Positions 14,010-29,710 of a stretch of 64,000 nucleotides of DNA are shown in pieces (the stretch's first letter is position 1; every line of letters starts with the position of its first letter). The notes under the pieces are model-generated. The model saw only the letters and a program-made list of their open reading frames with translations. It did not search any database and was not told the DNA's origin. The stretch lies in the NCBI GenBank assembly GCA_951406725.2, contig OX597832.1, forward strand, positions 33,356,001-33,420,000, given 5' to 3'. The DNA is from Octopus vulgaris. Lineage: Eukaryota. The translations under genes were made by a program, and so were the position numbers.

Positions 14010-14385
14010 GGGTATATCAGTGGGTATTTGGTAGGGAGAAGGGGAGGGTGGAAATAATTGTAGTTATGTGGGGACGGATGAGATTGTGCCGATGTCGGAC
14101 GATGTTGCTATTCAGTGTGCAGGTGTCAAAGATGGAGCGCACAGTCCTTTGTTCGATCTCAGCTGATAGCTGTAGTGGCTGTACCGGTTGACCTGTTTAC
14201 TTCAGAATTCCTAGAAGACAGCTGCGTCTTATATGAGATCGAACAAAGAAGTGTACGACCAATCCTTGGCATCTGCTGACGGAATAGCAAAATATAACCA
14301 TCATCCCCCACGCAAATCCTTCCCAATACGACTCTCCTTCTTTCCATCACCTTCGCCTTCTGCTCACCACATACTCTCAGAAATA
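14010..14385. repeat. Diverged long inverted repeat (~375-bp fold-back)
   Basis: ctttgttcgatctca (14147-14161) pairs perfectly with tgagatcgaacaaag (14234-14248). ttgctattc..gcaggtgtcaaagat (from 14105) pairs with atccttggcatctgc..gaatagcaa (to 14290). The outer purine and pyrimidine arms also pair. Confidence 0.8.
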
Positions 14386-14420
14386 CAAATATAACTCAAC
14401 CAAACTTCGGATGATTACTA

Positions 14421-14421
<1 letters not shown>

Positions 14422-14507
<86 letters not shown>

Positions 14508-14523
14508 GCTGCTGCTACTACTA

Positions 14524-14590
<67 letters not shown>
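14422..14590. repeat. (TAC)n microsatellite
   Basis: Directly visible. Confidence 0.95.
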
Positions 14591-14593
<3 letters not shown>

Positions 14594-15589
14594 ATTTATC
14601 TTACATTACATCGTTACAGTTCGATTTAAGAGTAAGAACTGGTTCACCAGTCAGCATCATTAGACTGTGGCCAGCTTTATTTGCATATTCAAAACGTTTT
14701 CCGTAAAACACATTTTAAAAATGTGTGTGTGTATATAATCTATAATTGCCAACTAAGTGTGGCGTCCTTTACGGGAGAGTACCACTGGCGTTTATGGCCC
14801 AAAGGAGACATCTCTTTTAGTTGGCTAACGACACAAATTCTGTGTCTGATTAGCATTTGCGAGGAGAGGTCATCGCATCCGTTCTTCAAACTCAGTGTCA
14901 AATAATCAATGCTCCTATTTTGATATATATGTCTGTCTGCCTGCCTGTGCGTGTGCACATATGCATATATATATATATATATACATATACATACATATAC
15001 ACATACTCACACACAAATATATATATATAAACTAATACGAAAGGAATATCCTCGTTTTAAAATCTGTATATTATCAATATCTAGAGCTGGCACGTTTCTT
15101 CTCTTCGCCTTTTTCGTTTTTATGAGTTCAAATCCTTCTGCTAGATAAAACGACTCTGATGATAAGCAGGAGATCGATAGTATTGAATATAACCCCTACC
15201 ATTGCTTAAATCTATGGCATTCGGTCAATCTTTAGAATCGATATTACAAATAGCGAACATGTTGTTTTTTTTAATTATAAGAACCGGTATATTAATATTT
15301 TATATTAATATTGATTTGTTAATCATTTTTTAAAAAACATTTAATGAATCACCAAGTTTAATTAATGCTGAAGAAATTTGCACTGAGAAGATGACGTTAC
15401 CAATAACATCACCGACATCGCAGTTCCTACAAAAGAGGTCACGTTCATTACCAGCATCATCATCGTCCTAATCAAGATCCTCTTCATAATTATTGTCAAC
15501 CTCGACGCTGTTATCATCATCATAAGCATAATCACTAGTAACACCAGGAAAGTAACTGTTACATCCATTCTTACAATCATTACTGCAAT

Positions 15590-17452
<1,863 letters not shown>

Positions 17453-17997
17453 TTGCCCTGATGAAATACCAGGCAGTGGCTCTCGTGGCTTCTGATCTTA
17501 GCTGATTGGAAATGTTACAATGTACATTGATTTGTCTTGGTATAAAAGATGGGCTACGGCAAATATTCTGTTGAATACCACAGATTTGCTTGTCAATTGT
17601 TTGACCATACCCAGTTGAGCGTGTCCCTTGGTGGCTGATGATATGTGCATCTCTGATCACGAGCAGAAATAGTGGGGGAGCATCATAAACGTGTGTTGAA
17701 CGAAATTCTTAGAGGTTTCGATAATTCCCCTCTGGAAACATGGGTGGTTCGTCATCATCCTTAAATAACCCTCATTCGAGTGGTATTTTCTTCTGGACCT
17801 GAAGAAAATTCTAACTGAACCCCACCTACAAAGTCATGTGCTGCTTATTTTGAAATGAGATTATTTTGTCACGCACAATATGGTTGTGATGAATGTGCCT
17901 GGTGTACCCTTATGAGACGGGTAGTCATGATGGGTATACTGGGCTTCGTATATTTTACCCTAGTCTCACTTTGATGGCATGCACTGCTCACTCACTC
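17453..17997 (+). mobile_element. ~550-bp non-coding interspersed repeat embedded in (AAT)n, copy 1
   Basis: Homologous end to end with 18893-19436 and with the reverse complement of 24179-24772. Strand is assigned by analogy only. Confidence 0.9.
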
Positions 17998-18892
17998 AAT
18001 AATAATAATAAACATCTTTTTTATCATTATTATCGTCAACATCATAATCATCAGCTCCAGGAGACGGGTTCGCCTCTTTCTCTCTATCTCATTCACTACT
18101 ACCACCACCACCATTATCCTCATTATACTCATCTCTACCACAATCGTCAAAAGTGTCATCGACACGAACATCATCATCATCATCATTACCGTCGACGTAG
18201 TCGTCGTAGTCGCCATCATTGTAATCCAATTACTAAACACACACCATCATCATCACAATCACAACCAACAAAATCAACATTATTTCCTTTTTTAATAAAT
18301 TTCTTTTCTTTTTATGATTTGATTCCATTTTATTTTCTGCTGTTCCTATTTGCATAATTGTCAACAGGTTTTAATTTCAAATCAGGAAAATGCATCTGGT
18401 TCAATTTAGATTAATATGAATTGTGTATTATCAATAATGTCAATGCAGGCGTACGCATGCGTGTGAAAGTTTTCTTTGGCTGTACATGTGTGTGTGTGTG
18501 TGTTTTGGATTATATGCGGTTGTATTATGCAGTGGTTTTTTTTCCCCTCCTGTCTCTCTTTTTAAACACTTCCAGTCTAATAGTTTTAAAATGTGTGGCT
18601 CTGAATTTATTCTGCAATATTTGGGGGATGTGTGAGGGTGTGTGATGTGTAAGAATTTTGTCAAATCTACCGCCATGATGGCATTGATAATGGCGGTTTC
18701 TTTATTCTCTGCCGACTTAATTGTCTGTTATTAATGTAAAATAGACATTTTTTATGGAACGAAAGAATCGGCATTTTCACTAAATTCATGCAAACCCAAA
18801 ATATGACGATAATGATGATGATGATGATGAGGAGGAGGAGGATGAAGATGATGATGAAGATGATGATGATGATGATGAGGATGATGATTTTA

Positions 18893-19436
18893 AATGCCTT
18901 AAAACAGGAACGCGCGGTGGCTCTTATGGCATCTGATCTTCACCGATTGGAAATGTTATCCTGTATCTATTTTCTTTTTGTGTAAAAGATGGCCTACAAC
19001 AAATATTCTACTCAATACCACAGATTTGCTTGTCACTTGCTTGACCTCAACCACGTGAGCATGTCCCTTAATGACTGATGATATATGTGTCTCTGATGAC
19101 GAGCAGAAGTAGTTGGCGGGGAGCATCATAGGTATGTGTTAAGAGGAATTATTTGGGAGTTGAATCAGTCATCTCTGAAAACATGGGGGTCTCGTTCAAC
19201 ATCCTTAAATAAAGCCTCTTCGGAGAACTTTTGAGCAAGATGGGCGACTCGACCTGAAGGAAATTCTAACTGAGCCCCAGCTGCGAGTCCATGCGTTGTT
19301 TATGTTGATATGAGATCACCATGTCTCATACATATGGTTGTGATACAAGTATTTGGTGTACCCTTATGAGGGTATATTGGACTTCGTATATTTGTACCAT
19401 AGTCTTACTTTGACGGCTTGTGCTGCTCTATCACTG
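18893..19436 (+). mobile_element. ~550-bp repeat, copy 2 (more diverged, small internal deletion)
   Basis: Same termini (aatgcc... to ...tcactgaataataat) and same internal blocks, e.g. ataccacagatttgcttgtca. Confidence 0.9.
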
Positions 19437-19465
19437 AATAATAATAATAATAATTATAATGATGT

Positions 19466-19522
<57 letters not shown>

Positions 19523-19580
19523 CGATGATGAAGAAGATAATAATAAGGTAGTGACGCCATCTTGGAAATCTCCAGCACGC

Positions 19581-19636
19581 ATGCGTAGAGCTGGATTCTT
19601 CCGTGAGGCCTGCCGGAAGAATCCAGCTCTGCGCAT
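19581..19636 (+). other. 56-nt hairpin (23-bp stem, 10-nt loop) in a ~100-bp GC-rich island
   Basis: atgcgtagagctggattcttccg-tgaggcctgc-cggaagaatccagctctgcgcat; the only non-Watson-Crick pair is U-G. Confidence 0.85.
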
Positions 19637-19650
19637 CCTCTCATCCTGTT

Positions 19651-19750
<100 letters not shown>

Positions 19751-19756
19751 TAATAA

Positions 19757-20594
19757 TGGTTTCGAACTTTGGCATACGGCTCGGAATTATAGGGAAGTGT
19801 CCCAGTTGATTACATCGATACCAGTGCTTGACTGGTGCTTATTTTATCGACCCCACAAGCAGGAAAGGCAAAGTCGTCCTCGGCAGAGTTCGATCTCGGA
19901 ACGTAAAGATGCTGCTATGCATTTTGTCAGGCGTGCTAATTATTCCACCAGTTCGCCGTCTTACGGATAATAATATTAATGATAAGGGATTAAAATTTGG
20001 GCACCAGGCCAGCAACAACTGGGAAGTGACTTAATCGATTACATTGACCCCGATGTCAACTGGTGCCTAAATTTTAGACGCCGAAAGGATGAGAGGCAAA
20101 TTTGACCCTTGCAGCATCTGAATCGGAACGTAAAGACGGACGAAATTACGCTACGCATTTTGTTCGGCATATAGATGATTCTGCCAGCTCGCCGCATTAT
20201 CCATAAGAGTGCCTACTTTAGGCACAAGACCTTAAGTTTTGGGAGAGGGTGGACCAGTTGGTTACACCGACCCTAATGTTACACTGGTCCTTATTTTATC
20301 GAGCTCGGCAGTCGTCCACGGCGGAATTTGAACTCAGAAAGAAATGAGGGACAAAATACCTATTTCTTTACTACCCACAAGGGGCTAAACACAGAGAGGA
20401 CAAACAAGGGAAGACAAACGGGTTAAGCCGACAATATCGACCCCAGTGCGTAACTGGTACTTATTTAATCGACCCCGAAAGGATGAAAGGCAAAGTCGAC
20501 CTCGGCGGAATTTGAACTCAGAATGTAGCGGCAGACGAAATACCACTAAGTATTCCGCCCGGCGTCCGAATGTTTCTGCTAGTTCGCCGCCTTA
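19757..20594 (-). mobile_element. Head-to-tail cluster of four family-A SINEs (about 19757-19963, 19985-20199, 20210-20360, 20361-20594)
   Basis: Repeated blocks tatcgacccc..aaaggcaaagtcgacctcggcggaatttgaactcagaa..ctcgccgcctta. The last copy carries a different, Tx1-like tail. Confidence 0.9.
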
Positions 20595-22014
20595 TATAAT
20601 AGTAATAATAATACTATCCACAAGAATGTCAACAACAACAATAGTAAATTACTTTCGATACCTCATGATTTCGGATTCGATAATTCAAAATATTCTATAG
20701 AACCTGTTTATTGGATAAATTTGATTCAGTTCCTGGAATTGATACGGTTCGGTTTCTTACGCCCACCCAGCATTGCATCTTGTCTTCTTTCACGTAAGCT
20801 TCGTGATTTTATTGATATATAGTTGTTATGGCTCATTTATTACATACGGTTTTGTCCCAAACAATGCTTGAGGCCAACGTAGATCACGGGAATAAAATGA
20901 AGGAAACGAAGAGGCTTAAACATTCAAAAGATTTTGACTGAAAGAAAGCTTATACTATGATTGTACTTCGAAATTATTAAACTTCGTTTGGTATATTTAT
21001 AATGAATAAAGCACCTCGTTTTGTCCTTACCTTGGCCTGATCGTGGTCACGCGTTGCCTCAGCTTCACCTCCGTATGGCATCAAATTGATCTTAGCTTCA
21101 CCTTAGTTTATTGACTGAGCTACTTTCTGCAAATGGTAAATGGAGATATATTTACTTATGTTTAATGAAAATTTTGGTCGGCACATACAAATGAATAAAT
21201 CAATAATTCCAGTTTTCAAATTGATATTATCTCACCACCGTTGATGTCAGTAACGTAGAGTAAATGACTGATCTAAAAAGAAAATGACGATTGCATTACT
21301 TCACCTTATGCATTGCACATTTACCATAGAGATATGCCTAATACACGGTTCCTTTGAAGGTTTCGTCATAGATTGGTTGAAGGAGTAAATCTTAGATTAC
21401 CAATGTGGCTATTAATTGCTACCATGAGATGGATTCCGAAACTATACTTTGAATCTGTAATGTCATTTAATTAGAAATATATAAATGAGATTCGTTTTGA
21501 ATTGCTACATCCCAAAGCAGAAAATATAATATTGCCTCACAGAAAAATAATAGTAAATGTTAGTTATTATCGAGAGAAGTAGACTTAATACCAAATTGTA
21601 ATAGTTATAACCAACCAGAGACGGATGCCATATGAGAAGACTGAATATTGCGTTATTAGCCGTGAGAAATCAATTGTTGTAAACACTTGTTGCATGAAAG
21701 CTTACACCTATATCGTTGCAGACGAAAGCTGTCTGTCACGTGCACCAATATTCCCACATCACGTGATTTCGGTCGACAGGATCTCCCGGCGATTCTCATT
21801 CATGAAGCGCAATAAACCAAAATCATGTGATATAGGAATTCCAGCGTCCATGACAGACAACTTTCGTTTACGACGATCTGTGTGTATACTTTAAGGCACC
21901 AAGCGTCTATAACAATGTAATTATCACGGCTAATAACGCAGTATTCGGTACCCCGATAAAGAGTCCATAAGTTGGGTACAAAGATTACCTGTTAATAATG
22001 TGTGTATGTGTATA

Positions 22015-22404
22015 TATATATATAAAGCTGAAGTTGTCTCTGTGTGTGTGGCAGGTTTGGTAGCCTTCTAACACTATCTACTGTGAGACCCTGCGGTGCA
22101 AGCTGACCAAAATTGAAAGTATGATAGAAGAAAGCTTGTTCTTCATTCCGTAGAAGAAAAAACAAACAAATCGGACTATGTTAAGACCAAAAATTATTTA
22201 CATCAAAAAGGTGCTTTTTTTCTATGAAAATCCCTATTTTTTACGATTTTTTGACTGCTGTGTCACCCTTTTTCGGTGTATTTCAACCGAAAAATTGTTC
22301 ACTTAAACAGAATAACAAGCTACATAATGCAAAATCTTTACTTTTCAAAAATTCTAATTCTAAAGGATCGAAACAAACCCGAGCAACGCCGGGCGATCCT
22401 GCTA

Positions 22405-22405
<1 letters not shown>
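22015..22405 (+). mobile_element. Non-autonomous Helitron
   Basis: 5' tatataaag followed by a tgtc/tgtg microsatellite. 3' GC hairpin cccgagcaacgccggg (22378-22393) followed by CTAG|T (22402-22406), the canonical Helitron 3' end. Confidence 0.85.
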
Positions 22406-22470
<65 letters not shown>

Positions 22471-23299
22471 CCTTGGAATCTGCCTGTTCTTTTTGTTTTT
22501 AGAGATCGTTTGCGTAGTCAATAGCAACAAAATCTCATCCTGTATATAACATATTCATAAATATATTATGGGTAGAGACGATATGAATTAATCTAAAACA
22601 GAAAATATATGAAATCATAAACCAACATTCTTAAATATTTAGATACGACCACACACACAAACACATACATGCACACACGCACACACACATATCTATATAT
22701 TTGCAAATAAATATTTCTTTTACAAAAGTAAACCCCAAGCATGGCAGACATCGAACAGACATCATTTAAATAACGTCATTTGCAAATTCAGATGTAAAAC
22801 GTGGCTCTTCTAAACGTAGCAAAAGATATACAAATACAACACATTCTCGCCTGCTGACACTGCAATATACAAGTCATTTTGATACATTATAGAGGCAATA
22901 CAAAAAGAAATGTTTGAAAAATATTTACTGATAACGCAGTTATTTTATATAGGTAGACTAATATCATTTGGTATTGTTAATGGAAGATATATTAATAGCA
23001 AAATATAACTTAAATACTCAGCAGCACCCAGGGGAGAACAATCTAACGACAGATGCAACAGCGAAACTATTTCATAATGTCTGAAAGAAAGTCGATATTA
23101 TTAGACTGGAATTCAAACGCAGTCGGTAAAGAATTAGTGACATTGATATCAAATTCTGATGGAGCCATGCAGTCAAGGAAAATGGTAACAATAAAGAAAA
23201 TGCCAGTTAAAGTGTTGAAGGACCATTCAAATGTTTTACTAGCTTTGAGACTTATCCTCTGAAATGGAAAATAATTTCCATATTTGCTTAACACTTTAA

Positions 23300-24152
23300 C
23301 GGCGGGGGGAATGGTTGTTTTAGGGGGTTAGTGGCAGGTAAGAGCGACGATTTCTTGACGAAACTCCGAGCGTCAGGAAGAATCACTTAAATGGTCTTTT
23401 CCGGAGGACTATGGAGGCGACGGGGCCTATGGATACCTTCCAGAAATCAGTGCCACCGTGGAGCTCTGCCGGTTCGAGACAAGCTCTATAAATACAGAAG
23501 TACTGTCAGACAGAGCTGTTCGAGCAGTGCGCTGGGCAACAAAATCGCCCTGCACGCACTCGTCCAGAGTCCGTGCATTACCGGCTTGTGGAGATTTGTC
23601 GAACAGCTGTCACCGCGTGTAGGACGGATCCTGTTATCAGGCGAGTCCATCGGGAAAATGGCTCCACCGCCTTCCTTTGGCTGGGAAGGAAAGAGAGTTT
23701 TCCTCTGTCTCGTGGCTATGACTAAGCAGTTTGGTGGACGAAACTGAAAGGACTGAACACAGATATTTACCTATTCGGCGAAAGCCTCATCGATTTTTTC
23801 AAGTTCCACTTGGAAAGAAAAGCGGAAGTAGAGGGGGATGTAAAATTGTTGAAAGGTGGGTGAATGCGGTGGGGATGGTCCGTGTAAAAGGACCTACTCT
23901 GATCATTCGTTTTTTGAACCGGAGGAGTTCAGAAGGAGAGAGGCACCTGCTGAGGTGCACCTGGCGATTGGCATAACCAGATTCTGTGAGGTTCTGCGGT
24001 TGTCTCTATGAGGAAATCCCCTCTTTGGGGGAATTTTATAGTTTAATTGTTTTGTTATGTCTACTTTTTTCACTTATTAACACCCCACATGTCCCTTGAA
24101 TTGTAACGTCCCTATCTGTTTTGTGTTCGACCTTAGTGGTCAATAAAATAAA
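23300..24152 (+). mobile_element. 5'-truncated Tx1-clade LINE: ORF2 C-terminus (zinc-finger region) plus 3' UTR
   Basis: HRGALPVRDKLYK..QSCSS..ALHALVQSPCITGLW resembles the L1/Tx1 C-terminal CCHC region. 3' UTR has hairpin aaatccccc-tcttt-gggggaattt, then gacc-ttagt-ggtc and AATAAAATAAA. Confidence 0.8.
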
Positions 24153-24178
24153 CTATTATCATTATTATTATCATTATT

Positions 24179-24772
24179 GAGTGAGCGAGCAGAGCATGCC
24201 ACCAAAGTGACACTGGGGTAAAATATACGAAGCCCAGTATACCCATCATGACTACCCGTCTGATAAGGGTACACCAGGCACATGCCATATCACAACCATA
24301 TGTGCGCGACATGGTGATCTCATATCAAGATAAACAGCACATGACATTGCAGGTGGAGCTCAGTTAGAATTTTCTTCAGATCGAGTAACCCATCCCGCTC
24401 AAAAGGTCCCTGAATAAGGGTTGTTTAAGGACGTTTCCAGAGGTGAATTATTCAAACCCCAGAGAATCCTTCTCAACACAAGGCTATGATGCTCCCCCAC
24501 TACTTCTGCTCGTGATCAGAGATGCACATATCGTCAGCCACTAAGGGACATGCTCAACTGGTTAAGGTCAAACAACTGACAAGCAAATCTGTGGTATTGA
24601 GCAGAATATTTGCTGTAGCCCATCATTTATACCAAGACAAAACAATGTACATGATAACACTTCCAATCAGTTAAGATCAGAAGCCATGAGAGCCACTGCC
24701 TGGTACTGCATCAGGGCATTTACTGCCTGGTACTGCATAAGGGCATCTGCCTGGTACTGCATCAGGGCATTT
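24179..24772 (-). mobile_element. ~550-bp repeat, copy 3, with its terminal 24-mer triplicated
   Basis: Reverse complement of copies 1 and 2. ctgcctggtactgcatcagggcat occurs at 24696, 24723 (1 mismatch) and 24747. Flanked by (ATT)n. Confidence 0.9.
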
Positions 24773-24773
24773 A

Positions 24774-25873
<1,100 letters not shown>

Positions 25874-25874
25874 A

Positions 25875-26806
25875 TTTCTCTTTATCACAGGTGTTTTTTG
25901 GAGGGGGGACTTCCTGGTGTCTTACATGCGTAACGGTCTTACTATCTGCAGACTACGATTCCATTCTATCCGTTCTTTTCCTGATTAATCTGGCCGTGCC
26001 AAGGAGGCAAACCTTTTGTAAGAGATCTACTGGCCACTCTATTCCAAGCTTCTTTATATTCCTCTTGGTGCCTTCTGATACTATTCTCAAAGACTCAACA
26101 ATAATTGGCACTATTTTCACATTCTTCATCTTCCATAGCCGGGCTATTTTGTACTTAAGAGGGTCCTATTTATCTACCTTTCCACTTCTTGACTATTTGT
26201 GGGTCAGAGCAGCAGGCAACATGAACTATATAGCATAAGTATCGCATCTTGTCCACCACCACTAGGTCCGGTCTGTTATACTCCAGTTCCAGATCTGTTT
26301 CGATTGGAAAATCCCAGAGGATTTTACTCGTCTCTGATTCCTTCATTCTCTGCGGTTTGTGCTCATACCACGTCTTGCCCTCTTTAGCCTCCACTTTTTA
26401 CAGTTTCCAGTGTAGCACTTTCGCTACCTGATAGTATCTCCACAACTTGTAGTGGTTTGGGGCAAGTCTAGGGCATTGATATGGGCAATGATATGGGCAA
26501 TGGTTTAATCCATTGCAGATGAGGCACAGCGGGGACACTTGTTCATTCCTAAGGTTGACCCTCCTGTTCCTGGCCAAAGCTTGCCCTTGCGCTGCCAGTG
26601 TAGTGCTATCGGTCTCTTTCTTTAGCATTCCTTTCATCAGCCAATCCCACCTATTTTTTCCAGCAATTTCTCTTGTGGATTCATGGAATTGATTGTCTCG
26701 TCTCTTCTCGCGTAAATCTTCTTCGTGTCTTTTTGTACTTCTTTTGTTTCCCCTTTTTACTTTGCTCTCAATACTCCCTCGTTACGAAATCTCACTGGCA
26801 AGGTGA
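25875..26806 (-). mobile_element. Second, older R4/Dong-clade LINE fragment (zinc finger plus RLE), frameshifted
   Basis: LKKETDSTTLAAQGQAL, SPLCLIC..CPRLA, VAKVLHWKL, WYEHKP, KILWDFPIETD..NRPDLVVVDK. Flanked by (TCA)n tracts. Confidence 0.9.
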
Positions 26807-26828
26807 GATTATCATCATCATCATCACA

Positions 26829-26874
<46 letters not shown>

Positions 26875-26884
26875 TTACTACTAT

Positions 26885-26916
<32 letters not shown>

Positions 26917-27189
26917 TTATTATTATTATTATTATTATGGCGGCCATGATTTGAACTCACGGAAATTGGTACTCCTTAAGTTGAAAAAGTATTTGGAATC
27001 TTTTCGGCCTTCTAAGACCCCCGTCTTTCCATTTCTGATGTTATGATTACATTTCGGAGATTGTCTGGACTGTGCAGATAGTACTTTTGTGTGGAAACAT
27101 CCTCGGTTTTGCAGGAGGTATGCATACATAATTTTTGAATTTTAACTGCTTTCGGCAAAAACAAATATTTCGCAAATTTCTGTAATTTT

Positions 27190-29710
27190 CTAAAGATGCC
27201 AGATAAAGTAATCATTATAATGTTCGGTAAAGGAACGCATTCCTTCAGAAATTTTGAGAACAAGGAAATAAAAGAGAATATCAACATGGAATCGCCTAAA
27301 CTTAATGACGTCACCGGGGAGAAAAATATTTCGTCTCTAAGCAACGTCAAAACTTTAGGTGTCGACAAAGAGAACAACGGCAACAGCAGCAGCGGTGACA
27401 TCATCAGCAGCAGTGACAGCAGCAGCAGTAGCAGCAGCAACAACAACAACAAAAATAACAACAGCAACAAATAAAATAGAAATAAAACATAAAAAAGCAA
27501 ATATCGCTTCTGTTTCTTTCGCATCAGCGACGAGAAATATGGAGTGCATCCACACAGATAAAGAACAATCAAAATTTGTTAGGAAAATGTTACAAGAGAT
27601 GGGATAAGGGTGGCTCTAAACCCTCCATCGGACGTGATAGAAAATATCGCAAGATACACGGTCACATACCGTTGCACCGGAGTCAAGTTTCGGCGGGTGG
27701 AAAATGCTCTGGAGAGCGAAATAAAAAAATGACTTGGGCACGTGTGGGAAGAAAAGAGCCACATCACTTGAGGAAAGAAGTTTGGAACCATTGAGGTGAG
27801 ATTTGGGACGAAAGAAGGAGCTAAATGTCATTCTGCAACCACTTTGATAAATTACAACATTTTCATAATCCCGAACTATCGTGGCGAATGTCTTTCCAGG
27901 ATTAGGATGATGAAGGTGCCGCCAGAAATATCCATTGCCTGGTTAGTGGCGGCTGTCTTGGTAGGTTTAGAAGAAGATGAATTCACAATACGGGAGGTCA
28001 AGAAATTACCTCAGCAAACTGGTTAGGTATAGGTATAGAAGTGACCTTGCAATGCAAGCAGGTCCATATAGACCAGCTGCCCCATCTAACTGACCTTCCA
28101 GATAAGACTCACCTGTCAGTGTCTGAGGAGGGTAGACAGCCATAATGCCATAACACTCAAAGGTTTCCTGCCCCGAAACAAAGTAAAATGAAGTCTCACC
28201 GCAGCCAACATTACAAATACCACAAGTGCTAAATCATAGACAAGTGCACAAGCCTCCTACACCTCCTCTCACATCCACGCTCACACCCACTCCCAAACCA
28301 AGACAAAGAAGGAGTCTGCCATCTTTTGCCACGGAAAAGCAAGATTCTCCTGAATGCCCTTCCTCCCAAACCAACATCTGCTGCTATGAGATGGAGAAGA
28401 AAGAGCTTAATGATCAATAGATCACAGTGACAAAAGGGAGTAGGCGAATGGGGAGGAGATTACATAGCCTTACTCCAGGAAATTAACGAAAACTGTTTCT
28501 GAAATCACAACTGCAACACAATTGACAACCACTCCAACAAAAACAGCAAGAACAAGATCAACATCATCAACAACAGCATGAAATTAAAGAAACATAGAAG
28601 CAACGGATTACGGAACTTCGAAAATATAATCATCAAACTGTAGACGAAATGTCTCCATCAATTTCCCAGTTGTGAATAAGTAGAACAATGAATTGAGGGA
28701 TTTTGTAAATCAAAATACAAACAGTATAGAGAAAAAGGGAAAGGAATTTGAAAAGTTCACCCCCAAACCCCCAAGGACAGACCCTTAATTAAAATGTCGT
28801 CAGACGCTGACCAAACCATTGATAAAAGGCTGTTGCAAGCCCTTTCTAAAACTTTTTCGCCAGTAAAGAAGCTCGGAACTTTCGGGCTTCACGAAAACCA
28901 AGGTGAGTAACCTCCTTATTTTCTTTCTTCGACTAGTATGGCGGTGCTGAGAATGGGGTGTGTGAGCGTACGTGGACTGGCATTGGCCTGGAAACAAGGT
29001 CACTTGCTCAATGATCTCAGGTCGCTTAATTTGGATGTGGCTGCCATTAGTGAAACAAGGAGCTCCGGAAAATAAGCTCTAGTATCCATTTTCGAAGACT
29101 ACAAGTTATTCTAATTTTGTGGTCTATCGGGATCGGGTGGTGGTGTAGCAGTGTTACTCCGGAAATCCTTAGATCTCCAAGTACGGGCTATCTTCTTGGA
29201 TCCGGATGGTAGGTTGGTGGTCCTCAACGTGAACGGAGGTGTGGGTGGCGCCTTTACACTAGCGGTGGTTTATGCTCCAACAGGGGCTGGAAGGCCAGAT
29301 TTCTTCAGGCGTCTAGAAATATTCTTGGGAACGTCTTGAACTTTAGTAATAGCGGGGGACTAGAATAGTATTTTGGAAGCACGAAAGGACTGTCTGGGTT
29401 TAGCACATAGTAGAACAGGGTGTAAAAGCCTCGAAAACCTACTCATGACTTTCCATCTTTCTTGACAAGCACCGACTGGATTTCCCGGTTATGCCAGTGC
29501 GGACATAGAATAAACACAACTGGTCATCCAGATTGTATTTAGACAGAGTATTTGTTAGGGTGATGGGTAGGCGAAGGTAGCAAACTTTACTTCGTACCTA
29601 GACAGCCTACCACGGCTTTCGGTGACGGACGCGAGATTCTGCGAAAAGCTGATTACAGCCTCTGAAATACAGGAGGCGATGAGTGATTGCACAACTCGCA
29701 AATCACACTT
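27190..29710 (+). mobile_element. Decayed Tx1-clade LINE 5' half: ORF1 remnant plus APE endonuclease of ORF2; 3'-truncated
   Basis: ORF1 remnant IPNYRGECLSRIRMMKVPPEISIAWL. ORF2 from ATG 28938: GCVSVRGL..LDVAAISETR..GGVAVLL..DPDGRLVV..VYAPT..IAGD*N..LDRVF, then ITASEIQEAM..RKS. The 5' boundary is uncertain and may extend to ~26937. Confidence 0.88.

Noticed and set aside
26964-26976. 13-mer aaattggtactcc shared with the half-LINE 5' monomer
   Set aside because: Opposite orientation relative to the two elements; likely chance.
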